From positions 382,131-446,130 of the forward strand of contig NMRA01000053.1 in the NCBI GenBank assembly GCA_002633005.1: a stretch of DNA of 64,000 nucleotides, given 5' to 3'. The DNA is from Phoronis australis. Its lineage: Eukaryota > Animalia > Phoronida. Positions 38,801-51,704 of this stretch are shown here, in pieces. Position 1 is the stretch's first letter; every line of letters starts with the position of its first letter. The notes under the pieces were generated by a model. It did no database searches. It was not told the origin of the DNA and saw nothing but the letters and a program-made list of their open reading frames with translations. Both the position numbers and the translations under genes were made by a program.

Positions 38801-41800
38801 AAACACTGGCACCTGGCTGCAGTACAGAAATACAAACATCAAAATTCATTGTAAAGAAACATTTATGAAACACCTACCAACCCTAAACCAACAATTTATA
38901 ATAACAGGGCAAGACATACATGAAACACAAGTAAAATTTCGAAAAAAAATTATGCGTAGAGATTGATGTACATTCAATTTAACACTAATCAGTCATTGAA
39001 AAACACCCAGTTAGTACATGTACACATACAAGGGATAGCAGCCTCCTCCTACAAGTCAAGCTTAGCCACTTTGCACCCATATGCGTAACACTAATAAGAG
39101 CTAAAATTTGTTAACAAAATCCATGTAAGCCTAAATACCTAAATATACCACATTGAGTAAATAACCATTCCCTTAACACCAGCCCTTTTTCTATTTTAGA
39201 CTAACTTTCCTGACAGGTATCAACAGAAAGGTAGAAAGTTCTCAGTCTTAAAACAAACCAATTCACTATTTTGCACAACTGATCCTAATCTTGTTTGTCC
39301 AACTTTAAGGCGTAAGAATCTGTTTGCACAGCACACCAGCAGGAAACAAACTGCCTCACCATTTCGTATTGTTGATAGCGATGGCTGCGGAACTTCGGAG
39401 TAGAGCAATTCGGCTCTCACTCATGATGGCAACATCGTCTGCTGTGGACGTAGGACATATTACAAGGAAGCTGCGGAGACCGTACCATCGGCAGAGACAG
39501 TGCGCCCGTGGACAGAAATCATTTTCTAGGCTCATGAGATCCTGGTGGACCATGGGTATTTCATCTGACAATGTATATGTAGGTATGCCTTAGAACAATT
39601 ATTAACAAGAGCATTTGAATATGTTTAATTCAGAACTACTTAACCCCACAACAAACAGGCTACACGTTCTTTGGTGATCATTTCCAGAAACAAATGTTCT
39701 TGAGAACATGATATTGTCATTAGTGTTCAGTTTGCTTTCTAGTCAGCTTCAGTCAAAGCAAACAATAGCAACATTGAGTACCCACTTTACAACTGCCCAT
39801 TACACTATTTAAAAAGGTTATGCCAGTCACATGATCACACAATGCACAGACCTCACTACTACTTCACAAATACTCCTGGAAATAGTGCTATTCAGCATAC
39901 ATTCAGCAAAAAATGCAACATTTGAGTTCAAACAATGACTGAAACAGGTTTGTCTAAAAGAAGCCTGCTACTTAGAGTACAGGTAGCAGCCCACTAAAGA
40001 AGAATTTGATAAATGAGAGCTAGAGCTGTGTTTTACACAAGATGATGGACAAAGTGCACACTGCTTTACAAAAGCAAGCACTGAGCAAGCCCAGTCAATA
40101 GTCATAGGAGCAAGTTGTCAGCAAATGAACTAATAAAAGAATTTCAAAACCATTATTTGACACGATGCAGTTACCTTCTCTGTCGCCATCGTCAGTACTG
40201 GTCATCTCACTAGAGGTCTCTGCTGTCTTCAGAGTGTGGTAAGTAATTGTGAACGGAAAATCGGCAAAATTTATCTCCCGAGTTTTTTCCGTCCATTCCG
40301 AAGATGACAGCTCATCCTGCATAAAGTTATGACCGTAATGTTATAATCGCATTTAATGCTTTTCTAGAATTTAAAGGGACAATGTCATCTTATGGATGAA
40401 AAATGAATTTTAGGGACTCTTGTTGGATGAGACTTTTAGAAGGTACTCGTCAATCCCTTTCTTGACTAACTTTCACAAGACGGTTGTTTTGAACTCATCC
40501 ACTCATGAGACACAAATTGCCCATTGGGACTCTTGGCAAACACTAAAATGTACAACTCCAAACAAATATTTCCATGTCATCAAATATACAGTTTTCAGTT
40601 GTATTATCTTACATGATTCCAACAAAGCCCAACTGCATGTAAAACTAGGCATTAGAATTTGAAATCCAATTTGTCAACCTTACTTTAACTGTCATATACT
40701 CTGGCACAGTTGACCATAAAAGAAACTATTTCACAGCAGGTTCATTTACAATGGTATTGCCAGTACTGCACACGAATGAAATAAGAAAACAAGTGTGACT
40801 TTACTACCACCCAAGTACACATGTCTGAAAACTTCCAAAATCCCCTGCAAAATGAAGCCGACATGTAGTTCTCATAGATGCTTCATGGAACAAACCTTCT
40901 TTAATGGCAATAAATTTCTTGGATTTGTTAGTTTCCATTCGTGAATAGCTTCTTCAATTTTGGCGATGAATCTGAAAACAAAAAATACAATTGACAATCA
41001 CTGCCTACGAATCTAAAGCTCAAGTACAAAAAGCAATACAATAACAATCACTAAAACACAATCCACAACACGTGATGCTACATTGTATTCTATATGGAAC
41101 TAAACTCAGAAAAACTATCAAAAAGCACAGAAACGAGTGCCTGTGGTTAAAAACGATAAAATAGTTGGTTTTGCTCTGTACACCGACTCATTTTGAGAGC
41201 TGCACTTACCAACTTAAAAAATAATAATGCCATGATTTGTCAGAAGAATCCCACAGCATTTTTGTTCATCTCAGGTGGATTTTCTTTTTGGAAAAAGTGA
41301 GCAACTAAAATAATACCACATCAATGGTTTGACTTAAAAAAAAACACACAGACCAGAACCAACAATGCTTTTTTCACCTGATATTGCTATGTTCTCTACC
41401 GTATAGGTTCAGCAATGAACGTATAAAGTTCTTAGTTGATAGTTAGATCATGTGTTAACTGCTTTTAGTGGTAAAGTCACAAAACGTAAGTCTGCCTCTG
41501 CGGTAACCTAAAGATGTCACAGTGCAAGAACAAGAGAACACAGAACTTTATGATGTTCAATACCAGTTCCAACTTACCTTTCCCAATCTGTAGCTGTAGT
41601 AAAATCAGTTATTTCAAAAACATCGCTGTCCTAAAAATCAATGACAGAGAAGAGAATCACAGTTGGAACCTACTTCATTACATGTTAAACACATTTAGTG
41701 TGGAGTGAATTCAAACTGTTATCAGGTAGGGAAATTTTACCTCAATCAACTTGAACATACAGGTGACCAGTTATCGTTATGGGTCATACTTTCACTATTC

Positions 41801-43084
41801 AAACTGCTTCTGCATGGTCCATATTCAATTGTCTCCACTATGTACGCTTTTGAGAACACACAGGTAATGAGAAATGAGGAGGCACTGAGGAACGATAGGG
41901 GTAATCAATGTGAATGCAGTGTTTGTTTCATGCTGGATTCATGGGTGCAACACGAGTCAGAAGACTTTAATGTGAGTCAAATAACTGGATCCGTGAAACC
42001 AACGAGTATTACAAACACATTTAACATAAACCCATGGAGCTCACTTCCATATAATGGGAGGTGACCCTGAACATTCAAAACATTTTGACACCTGAAGTAT
42101 CAAATCCATGTCTCTGAAAACGCTTCCCGTAAATAACTAGGGAATTGTTTGGAGGCTATCGATGTCTTTAAGACCCTCCAAACCTGTCCACTCCTCAGGC
42201 TGTCATGCTTTCTTTTTAACCCAACTCACCCTTTACAGTAAAAATCAATTGTTTAAAACCACCACATCTACTTTTATTTCTGCTTTTGTAATCTGTCTTT
42301 AAAATATTTTTTTCAAATGTCATAGGGTCATTTTTGTAGACAAACCACTTTCTTCGATAGTGAAGACCACGGGTTTGTAAAAAAGAGAGAGCTCTACAAT
42401 TTGGTCAAATATCCAACATGGGAATTGGCTGGAAAGAGTGGGAAACACTGGGTCTTACCATTATACGGCATTATAGTGAAGGAATCTGTCACCCATCTGG
42501 TGCTACACAGTCAAATTCCTGAAAGGCCCTCTGTAACGAGAGTGCTCTGTGCATGACCAAACACTGAACTCAGTGTCTGACAGGAAAACTCGGGACTGGG
42601 ACTAGCCTTGGCGCAAAGCTGTATACAGCTAGCTGGTTAAGGTTTTCTAGACTAAGACTGTGACAGGTAGAGACTGGTAGAGTGGTCAAGACTGGCCCGG
42701 GGACTGGGGGAGTGCAGGCTGAACTAAAACTAAGCATGCTAAGTATAAGACGACCCTGTTGGTTGCCTGGTTCTCTAAATCTGTGACTGGTTATATGCAA
42801 CCAGTGCCCAGGTGCCCCTGTAAATAAACTTATTTACAGACGGGCTTATGTGTCTAAGGACAAGGTGCCCCAAAACGCAAAATTTCAAGTCATGCAAGTG
42901 AAACGAAATAGCCTGCTTTGTAATTTCATAACATTTTCTCTTAGACTATGCCTGTGTTTGGATACTGTCTCAAAATATCTATCCGGGAATACCGAATAAT
43001 TCTTCCTTCACAGCGCAAGATCCGAAAATATTACTCTTGCAATGAAAGTGAAAAGGTAAACAGACTCACTTCGTCGTCCGCCAT
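26861..43084 (-). CDS. RAB3GAP1: Rab3 GTPase-activating protein catalytic subunit. Coding exons: 43084-43070, 41630-41578, 40971-40896, 40316-40175, 39564-39360, 38816-38651, 38131-38035, 37013-36932, 36124-35889, 35691-35531, 35077-34985, 34596-34424, 33256-32474, 31327-31229, 29869-29682, 29363-29242, 28795-28699, 28031-27931, 27668-27453, 27079-26861 (3324 nt, 1107 aa)
   Basis: Translation MADDEDSDVFEITDFTTATDWERFIAKIEE, then VDNDVYSDLDPLQAPHWSVRV, LLSDMESFKAANPGCSLEDFVRWYSPRD, PARRQKRLFDDTKEAEKVLHFL and C-terminal FRLAGAFSEDTTFQ. GT-AG introns with consistent phases. Confidence 0.96.
35346..35480 (-). ncRNA. Hammerhead-motif repeat, copy 2, in RAB3GAP1 intron 10
   Basis: Reverse complement reads ATATCCTGATGATGTCTTATGAATAGACGAAACGTTGAGTTAAC; the core is identical to copy 1. 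Confidence 0.6.
36557..36567. other. Assembly gap (11 N) next to a G run, in RAB3GAP1 intron 8
   Basis: N characters in the sequence. Confidence 0.99.
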
Positions 43085-43296
43085 TTTTTCTGAAGTGACG
43101 TTTACGGTGTATTCTTTTTGGCATGAAAATATTACTACGTTTTAAGTTCTAGGATGGATAGATCATGAAATTTTAATGTTAAAAATTTACATAAATTTCA
43201 CTCAAAAGGAAAAGTTAATGATGATTTCGTTAAACAAATTACGAGATAAAATGCCACAGGTGGCGCTTCTAAAGCCTAGTATTTCAAAGCCACACC
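43085..43296. promoter_or_regulatory. Compact bidirectional promoter shared by RAB3GAP1 and BCDIN3D
   Basis: The two start codons face away from each other with only 212 bp between them. A YY1-like AAAATGGCGG overlaps the RAB3GAP1 ATG. Confidence 0.7.
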
Positions 43297-46200
43297 ATGG
43301 AAAAAGAAGAAAAACAGCCGGGTGCTGCAAAATATGGGAATTTTATAGACTACTATAGGTTTAATCCTGCACGAAAAAGAATTTCTTTTTTACCCCGTGA
43401 CTTAGTTACATCACGAGTTTGGACGAAAGGCTGTATTGGTCTGGATATAGGGTGCAATACAGGGGTAAGCCATCTATCATGTTGCAATGGTTCAGTCTAG
43501 ATAGACACTAGTACACTGACAAGACACTACTCACTCTCTACTACATCTGTACTACGTCACAAGTCAGGTTTCTAAGAGCACTTACTGACAAAGGTACAGG
43601 GTAGATTCAGAAGACCCACAACAGTGTTCTCCACATTATAAACTCCAAACTTGACGCAAATGTTGAATGTCAGTTATTGACATTGTCTTGTGTCTTATCG
43701 TAAGGATGGTCATGCTGGAGGTATTTATATATGGTTTAAAACTGCACACTGCACTGGTGTGACCTACTTTTTAGACACTTCAAAGTTTAGCTTTCCTACC
43801 AATGCATCTCATAATTACTCCAAAGCATTTGACACACCCAGAGCAGCAAACAAAAGATCAAAAGTTCCTTTAATAATACCAATGCCGATTTTAATATCAA
43901 TTAGACATATTAAATACTACTAACATGAGTTCTGATGTGACCTAGTTTTTAGTGACACCTGTTGTCAAGTTTAATAAGCTCATAAAGTTCTAACTTGCCA
44001 CTAGATGTCAGTCAAAATCAAAATTGTCTTTATTAAGCAAATTAAATTGCTTTTTTACAGATTGACCTGCAAAATTTTAAAGTTAGAATGACAAAGTAGA
44101 TTATTCATTAAATTAAGCAAGCTAGGTGTTTCCATGAAATGTTTGTTATTTAAAGATTTTTGCAGATTTTGTTAATTATAATTTAAACTCTTGTAGTGTC
44201 TTACGAAGTTATACATATAGTGTTGACTGCCTCTAAAGTTCTGAAATGGGCTTGATGTTGGTTAATCAGGCACTGCTTTAGTGTTGAGGGCTGAAATACC
44301 AAGCCAGGACAAAAGTTCAAACCTGACGCAGCACTTTCTGAACTCCACGCGCATTTTCCAAACTCGTTACAGCATTTTCCAAACTCGTTACAGCGTCGAG
44401 TTAAAACAGGCCGTGGAGAACACTGCACAAACACAAGAGGAATACCTTAGGAGGCCATCGATGTCTTTAATTTCTACCAACTCGAACGAATACTTGAACT
44501 GTAGGCAATGACTATCGCCTCTGTTGGCCCGAACCAGAGGCGATGCAGAGGCTATAGGCGCTCTGTNGTACAGAGCGCCTATAGCCTCTGCATCGCCTCT
44601 GATTCGGGCCAACAGAGGCGATGGTCATTGCCTACTTAAACTGTAGTCACACTTTTTTCGAGCAGTCTTTTGTTTAGTTGCCCAAATCGGCAACTAAGGT
44701 GTTTCGTACACCTGATAAGGTAATGCATCTGTCCTCCATCCATTCTGAAAGGAATCAGTTGTAAGTCTCACGATGTTTTTGATCTTGTGCTTGTTGATAG
44801 CCAGCTACCTTATGATTGCGATTTGTGCGATAAGTTCAAACAATGTCAATGATCCTAACTGAAGGTCGTGCAGCAGCCATTCTCAGGGTAGCTGGCGATT
44901 GATGGTAGCAACATGCCATGCTGAGATTTAAGAGCATCACAAGACTTTTGGCAGATTTCATTTAGAATGAATGGAGGTTGAATTGTACATGTACAGTGTA
45001 TGAGATGTTTATTCTAAAAAGATGGTATTAAGCTGCTGTAGTTCAACATTCCTTTAGTTTTTGCAACTCTGGCATTCAAATGACACCTGCCTTGTCCAGC
45101 CTTTTAAACGAGACAATCTTTTGAATGTCATTTTCTTACATCACTCTCCCACTTTTGTAACAAATAAAAAGCCAGATGTTGATTTCAAAACAGTAAGCTT
45201 ATGACATGCATAGTGTCAATTGCTGAATCTTTGATCTGGTAAAGCGCCATCTTTTGTGAGATAACAACTTTGTTCAAGCAAAATTTCCTCAGTTTCGGTT
45301 CACTAGTTGTTCCTAGGGTTCGTCCTTTTCTGCTGTAGCTAGACACCTTATGATTTGCTGTTGCCATTTTTATCACTTGTAATGGGATACAGAAAAGTAA
45401 GTTAACCTGTCTGATGTTCGTAGTATGTATTACTGAATCTTGTGAAACAGATGTCATCAGAAACTAGAACTATAGAGGAGGCAGTGTGGCCTGGTGCAAT
45501 AGGTGCCCGCTTTCTCTCTCGAGGTCATGGGTTCGAATCCCACTGGGTCACACTGCTAGATCCTTGAGTCAGGTTTTTAGCTCCTCAGCTCGGTTTCAAC
45601 TGTATATTGATAAAGCATAAAAATGGTTCCAGGTGATCAGTGCAATGGGCCCACATACGCGGCCGCCGCAGGTAATTATTTTTATTACGGTAACTAGAAG
45701 TGTATTGAACCTATCCTTGCGAAACTTACTGTCACAACCATATAATGCGTTGAGTTGTTCAGTGTGCCAAATGAATATTTCCGCAGTAGTATCTCACAAT
45801 GTGCATCTGCCATCAATATTTTAAACCTTGACTTTTTGTGTTCAATTTTCAGGAGCTGACATCTGCGCTGATTGCTCACTTGTGCCACTGTTACGTTGAA
45901 TTGGAACAAAAAGTGTCTGTTAGAGAACAGTTATCACACATGGATGATAAAAATGTCGTCATATGTAGCAACTCTCAGTCGCATATTCCCTGCACTGACA
46001 AGGATGGCAAGAAATGCTGGACCAGGAATACTAACTCATGTGGTGACCTTCAAACTTCTAACAATTTACAGACAAAAGTTTCAGATTCTACACAAAATTT
46101 TAAAGGCATGGACACCAGCTCAGAAACTGCACAAAATCGTTGTCATCAATGCCACAAAGACAAGGACACTGCAAGCGAGTGCAAGATTTCTATGCTTGGG

Positions 46201-46668
46201 GTTGATATAGATCCCATTTTGATCCAGCGTGCTATAGAAAGCAACACCCTTCCCGATCACATTACATACAAAACATTGGACATCATGAGCGAACAGGTTC
46301 ATCACTTGGATTTATATTTAGCCAGGCATGAGAAAAAGAAATTTGATTTTATCTTCTGTTTTTCCGTAACGATGTGGATTCACCTCAACCACGGTGATGA
46401 GGGATTACGCCAATTTTTACGCCATGTCTGCGCTAACACTCGGTATTTAGTTGTTGAGCCTCAACCGTGGAAATGTTACAAATCGGCCATGAGAAGATTG
46501 AGAAAGCTCAAGTGTCCGGAGTTTGATACATTCTTGTCTCTCAAATGGAGGGAATCGGTCAGTGATGAGATGGTCAGTTATCTGGAGGCAGAGTGTGGTA
46601 TGGCATTAGTGGAGGAGTTGGGTGTAACTGACTGGGACAGGAGATTACTACTGTTTGAGTCAGTATGA
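43297..46668 (+). CDS. BCDIN3D: RNA 5'-monophosphate methyltransferase of the Bin3 family (BCDIN3D-like). Exons 43297-43464 and 45853-46668 (327 aa)
   Basis: PGAAKYGNFIDYYRFNP, SAM motif I GLDIGCNTG, LGVDIDPILIQRA, FCFSVTMWIHLNHGDEGL and YLVVEPQPWKCYKSAMRRLRK. Phase-0 GT-AG intron. Confidence 0.93.
44501..44635. repeat. Near-perfect 135-bp palindrome with nested hairpins and a central N
   Basis: GTAGGCAATGAC...GCGCTCTGT-N-GT-ACAGAGCGC...GTCATTGCCTAC. Confidence 0.8.
45477..45686 (+). mobile_element. tRNA-derived SINE of the same family as 15573-15807
   Basis: Colinear similarity with copy 1, including the B box GGTTCGAATCC and the 3' part GGTGATCAGTGCAATGGGCCCAC. Confidence 0.8.
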
Positions 46669-47111
46669 CAGTCTAGCAGTACTTAATCACCGAATAGGAA
46701 AGTTACCTCTGTTTAATTCCAAGAGTAATAGTTTTAATGAGAGAATATATGAATACAAATATAAAATACAAAATTGAGATTGCAAACACTCTCCGATCAG
46801 GCATTGTCTGTCTCTAAGTTGTAAAGTAACGATTATATCATTTAAGGCACACTGTTGAATTTGGAGCACTGATAGCTGTTAAAAAGTAGCATCATTGATG
46901 ATTTGAGAGAAGAGCAAATCTGTATGCAAGTGTTTCATGTTGTAAAAGAAAAATTTTCAATTTTGGTAATTTTGGATACCAGTAATTTAGATTTTAATAT
47001 AATGTTTTCATGTTTCAAATTTCGATCATGGCTCTTTTAATTTGTGAAAATAAATTTTCTGAATTCTAACTTACTGAATTTCTTACGGTAGTTAAAATAA
47101 CAGTATCTTCA

Positions 47112-48801
47112 TTGTGCACCCACATATTTATATGTGGGTGCATATTGCCGTCATCTCTGTCTGGGCATCTGCATCTCCTAAACCCCTTGCAGGATCTTAC
47201 TGAAATGTGGCAGGTGTTTTCCTATGGGGTTGACAACAGAGGGCGAAGAGTTTTGGACCGACCTGAATACCGCTGCAACCCCTAGTGGCAATTTTAGTTT
47301 TATACGTTTGCCTCTGTATCTTCAAAGGTCCTCAACTGATTTTCATGAAATTTGGCATATAGGTATCTGTTAATGAAGTGACGCTATTCTTCCATTTTGG
47401 GATGGATTCGAGGCAATTTGCGCCATCTAGTAGCCATTTTTACTATTTTCGAGTCCGTTTTTTTCGTCCGCCCCTCTGTCAGCCGAACCACCTGAGGATG
47501 ATTGTGGAAATTGGCATGTATGTTGAGGATGATTTTCCGACGACATTGATTACTGTGGTGCCTCCTTGTGGCAGTTTTGTTTGTTTCTGCGCCTATGGCT
47601 GTATCTCCTAAACACTCTACAGGATCTTTATTAAATGTAGCAAATGTATTTATATGAAGTTGACAACAGACGACGACGACTTTTGGATAGATTGGACTAC
47701 AGGTGTGCCCCTAGTGGCAATTTTATTTTTTTACGTTTACGTCTGTATCTTCAAAGGTCCTCAGTGGATTTCTATAAAATTTGGAACATAGGCATCTATT
47801 AATGAGGTGATGCTATCCTCCCATTTTCGGATGGATTCGAGATATTTTGCGCAACCTAATGGCCATTTTTACCGTTTTTTGGTGTCCGTCCTTCCATCAA
47901 CCGAACCACTCTAAGGGTGATTGTGAAAATTGGCATGTATGTTCTTACTATGAAGAGGACGGTTGACGATAATTTTCTGATGACTTCGACTACTGTGGCA
48001 TCTCCTAGTGGCAGTTTTGTTTGTCTTTGAGCCCATGGCTGTATCTCCTAAATGCTCTAAAGGATCTTTATTAAATGTAGGAAATGTGTTTATATGAAGT
48101 TAACAACGGAAGACGGGTTCAACTCGCACTGCCCCCTTACTGGCAGTTTCATTTTTTCTGTTTTCCCCTGTTTCTCTGGAGTTCCTCTACGAATTTTCAT
48201 GAAATTGTTAAGTAGCTTTCTTTTAAAGAAACGGTGACATTTTCCTGTTTTCAGATGGATTCAACATATTTTGCGCCATCTAGTGGCCATTTTTACTGTT
48301 TTATAGTCTGTTTTTGCAGTCCGCCCTCTGTCAACCAAACCACTCTTAGGATGATTGTGAAAATTGGCTTATATATTGTTAGTGTGAAGAGGACGGTTGA
48401 CGATAATTTTCCGGCTTCAATTCTGTGGCGCCTCCTAGTGGCAGTTTTTTTTGCACTCTTAGCTGTATCTCCTAAGCCCTCTGCAGAATGTTTATTAAAT
48501 TTAGCAAGTGTATTTATTTGATGTTGGCTACGGAAGACGACAGCTTTCAGACAGATCCGATGAACCTTTGTCCCCTAGTGGCAATTTCATTTTTTCCGTT
48601 TTGCTAAAGTTTCTCGACGGATTTTCATGAAAGGTGGTAAATATCTTTCTGTTAAAAACAGTGGCATTTTCCATTTTTTTGATGGATTCAAAATACTTTG
48701 CACTATCAAGTGGCCATTTTTATGATACAAATAAACACCCTAGAAGCACAATGTTTGCAATGCATTCGTGGGTGCATTTCAACGCTCCGCATTGCTCTTG
48801 T
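47112..48801 (+). mobile_element. Helentron/HINE-like element (copy 2) with about 430-bp higher-order units made of about 145-bp subunits
   Basis: 5' TGCACCCACATATTTATATGTGGGTGCA hairpin; unit starts GCTGTATCTCCTAA near 47170, 47598, 48038 and 48462; 3' subterminal inverted GTGGGTGCA. Confidence 0.65.
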
Positions 48802-49878
48802 AATTTATATTGCCAACAAGGTTTTGTGTTGTTCAATATCCAATAAAATATAGGAGACTGAAGAGTTATTACAACATGATCAGCCTGTGCTTTTGCAAAA
48901 CAGAAAATACAAAGAAATGTTTCATAATTTTTATTCTGTAAATTACTAAACTTAACACTAGCGCAAATTTATTACACAAGTTTAAAATAATATTGACAAC
49001 ATCATTTTTGTTTGCATCATGACAATGAACTACATATGCTCATAAAAAATCCTGTGGAGCCCAACTGTGGAGTCAAGCTGGGGTCACAACTTCAAACTGG
49101 AATAAATCCAATGGCGGGTATTTCTTCCAACGAAGCAATCAATGAGATCCATTCGGTCCATAGTATTGTTCTGTGATCATTAGGCATGCTTACTTGTCAT
49201 GAATTGTGAATTAGGAGGACTTGTATCCCACAAATCTACTATGGAATACGCATACATCGATTTTCGCCATCCGTAAAAATTTTCGGCGATTTTGAAATAA
49301 AATGGTGCTGTGTGTGTCTTCGAATTAGTGATGTATCTTGCTCATGCTGAATCCCATTGAAATGGAGATTGTATGTTAAAGCCTCTACAAACGCGCTTCA
49401 CTTGCCATTATAAATGTGGTCCTAACTTGTTCCTTGCTCCTCCTACAGGAGATCCATGGGGTTGAAAAGAACTGAAAGTTCATTAAATTGCTCGAGATCA
49501 GTCTCTATAAGTTGGCTTCTGATGGTGCTGTTCATTTTATGCACCGAGCATGGTCGACAACACTCAAAAGTTTGGAGCGAAGTTTGAGAACTGCTTTCAA
49601 AGTCTGCTTAATGTTTTAGGCGAATAATACGACAGCTGTTAGGGAAAGCCCACCCACTAAGAACCACAATATCTAACCTTTGACACAATCAATATGTGTT
49701 TTTAGTTTAATGCTGCTTTTATCACGAGATGACAATGGTGTATTGGCAGGTGAGAAAATGAGGATTGATTAAAATCACCAAAACAGGATTTAGTATCATT
49801 TTAAGTAAATTAAACTTGGGGGTTGACCAGACCAGAAACTTGATTGATCAAAGGTGATGATCGGAACATTACGTAGAT

Positions 49879-50069
49879 CTACTCGCGGGATTTTCTTTTT
49901 TGAATGTTGTGGTCTTTAGCCAGATGTCGTCGTAGCTGCACATGCCACTTGAAAGAGCTGTCACAGTGAGGGCAGGACATGCGCACTCCCAGGTGCTCCA
50001 CCTTAATATGCAGGCGCATGTCATTTTTGTTGTACAGCTGGTAGCCACAGATGCCGCAGGCAAATGAAC
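49879..50069 (-). CDS. Terminal exon ZF-A with two C2H2 fingers: (G)SFACGICGYQLYNKNDMRLHIKVEHLGVRMSCPHCDSSFKWHVQLRRHLAKDHNIQKRKSRE*
   Basis: Acceptor TTACTTTCAG|, phase 1, two CX2C-X12-HX4H motifs, own TAG stop. Confidence 0.85.
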
Positions 50070-50223
50070 CTGAAAGTAAATGAAACATGTGACAATCTGA
50101 TGTATTAGATTTTTTTAACGATTTCCTAATTTGCTTGCTACAATGTTGCACCGTGACTGTGTACTTTATTAGTGACATTTGTCTGTGAGTGTACTCCGTG
50201 TTCAATGAAGGAGTCCTTATCAG

Positions 50224-50357
50224 TTACTGGCACTAAAACAGTGTGTTGCAGCCATGTAGGTCATCACTAAGGCTTTGTCACAGTGTTTGCACTTGGAAGC
50301 AATGTCTGCCAGTGGAGATTGTTGTCAGTTCTTACATCTCACTCTTTAGTCTTTTGA
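50224..50357 (-). pseudogene. Possible decayed zinc-finger exon
   Basis: Acceptor GCTTTCAG| with an early stop; SKCKHCDKAL lies downstream in another frame. Confidence 0.25.
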
Positions 50358-51176
50358 CTGAAAGCAGCAGCCCCTCTTCTCATCAGCTTAGAATGTGATA
50401 CATCTTTTACGAATCAGAAACCTTGTAGTACTTCAAATCCCTCAATGAAAAATGTTTGTTCCGCAAATGCAGCCTACGTCCTTCTATTCTCCTCGCCTCC
50501 AATGATCCTAACATCCTCGAGCACCGTGAATCCAGTAAAGTTACCGAATAAATTTATTTCTAAGTAAGACAATAACAACTTCTTATCTTCTTGTCCTTGA
50601 AAAGCAAAATTTTACTAGATAAGAAAAGTTCAAATTAAACAAGAAGCTGTTCAATACTAAGCCTCGTGGTGTAGGACCCTACAAAAATGTCAAAACTTGG
50701 CTAACTTCGGAACATCACACCTCAGAAATGGTTGAGCAGATTCATATGAACCTTTCAGATACTAGGATTTATGCGCTGTCCTCCAAAAAAAAACTTTTAG
50801 GAATTGTTTTTAAAATGTTTCATTTTTGCATGAGGGCTATGAAAAATAGGATTTTTATGGATACCGTTGTTTAGTGATTGATTCAGCCATTTAACACCAT
50901 TGTTTTGCTATCAATGTACCTTTCTTGTTTATTAAATTTTACAAAAAAAAACATGGACATGTGATCCAATTAATGGTAGATTGGTTTAAATTCTACAGGC
51001 TTCCTACTTTCAGAAAATATATAGTTTTACCGAGTTAAAATGTACAAATGTCGTGTTAAAATACAGACTTGTTGATGAAGTTCTACGCAACATTAAGGAC
51101 ATAAATGGTACAAAATACAAAAGAACGTTGTTTTTATAAATCCCCGTTTTCCTCAGTGTCTAGTCAGTAACTGTAT

Positions 51177-51275
51177 CCCTGCGTTCCTTGCTTAAGACCC
51201 ACTCCCTGCATCCCTGCCCCTGCGTTCCTTGCTTAAGACCCACTCCCTGCATCCCTGCCGACCTGCGTTCCTTGC
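51177..51275 (+). repeat. Short tandem repeat of about 41-43 bp, about 2.4 copies
   Basis: CCTGCGTTCCTTGCT recurs three times. Confidence 0.8.
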
Positions 51276-51534
51276 TGAATACGCGCTCCAAAAAGTGTTT
51301 TTATTCTGCAGCACAGGGTAGATTAAAGAATGGTTAATTACTGGTGTCGACTCAAAATGTATTTTTAGAACATAAACATACACGTCATTAATACTGTTGT
51401 GAAACAATAAGTTGTTTCATATTTTAACTCACTTGATCCCGTTATTAGTTTGCAAATGTCGTTTTAAAGGTGACTAGTTGTATTGTTAACATTACGATTA
51501 TTAACAAAAGATGTGGTGCATTTTGAGACACTTA

Positions 51535-51704
51535 CTAGCTTATGTTATGAAATTTCATGACATGCTTCTTGATATGATGTTGCCATTTGAATGTCTGTGG
51601 ACACATTGGGCACTTGTGTCTCATACCGAAATGCTGAGCCTTAATGTGACGGAACATGGCTTGCTTCCACCTCTGACGGTTTCCGCAGATTCCGCAAACG
51701 AAGT
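51535..51704 (-). CDS. Terminal exon ZF-B: (D)FVCGICGNRQRWKQAMFRHIKAQHFGMRHKCPMCPQTFKWQHHIKKHVMKFHNIS*
   Basis: Acceptor TTTTTGTAG|, phase 1, two C2H2 fingers, own TAG. Missed by the ORF track because it has no start codon. Confidence 0.85.
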
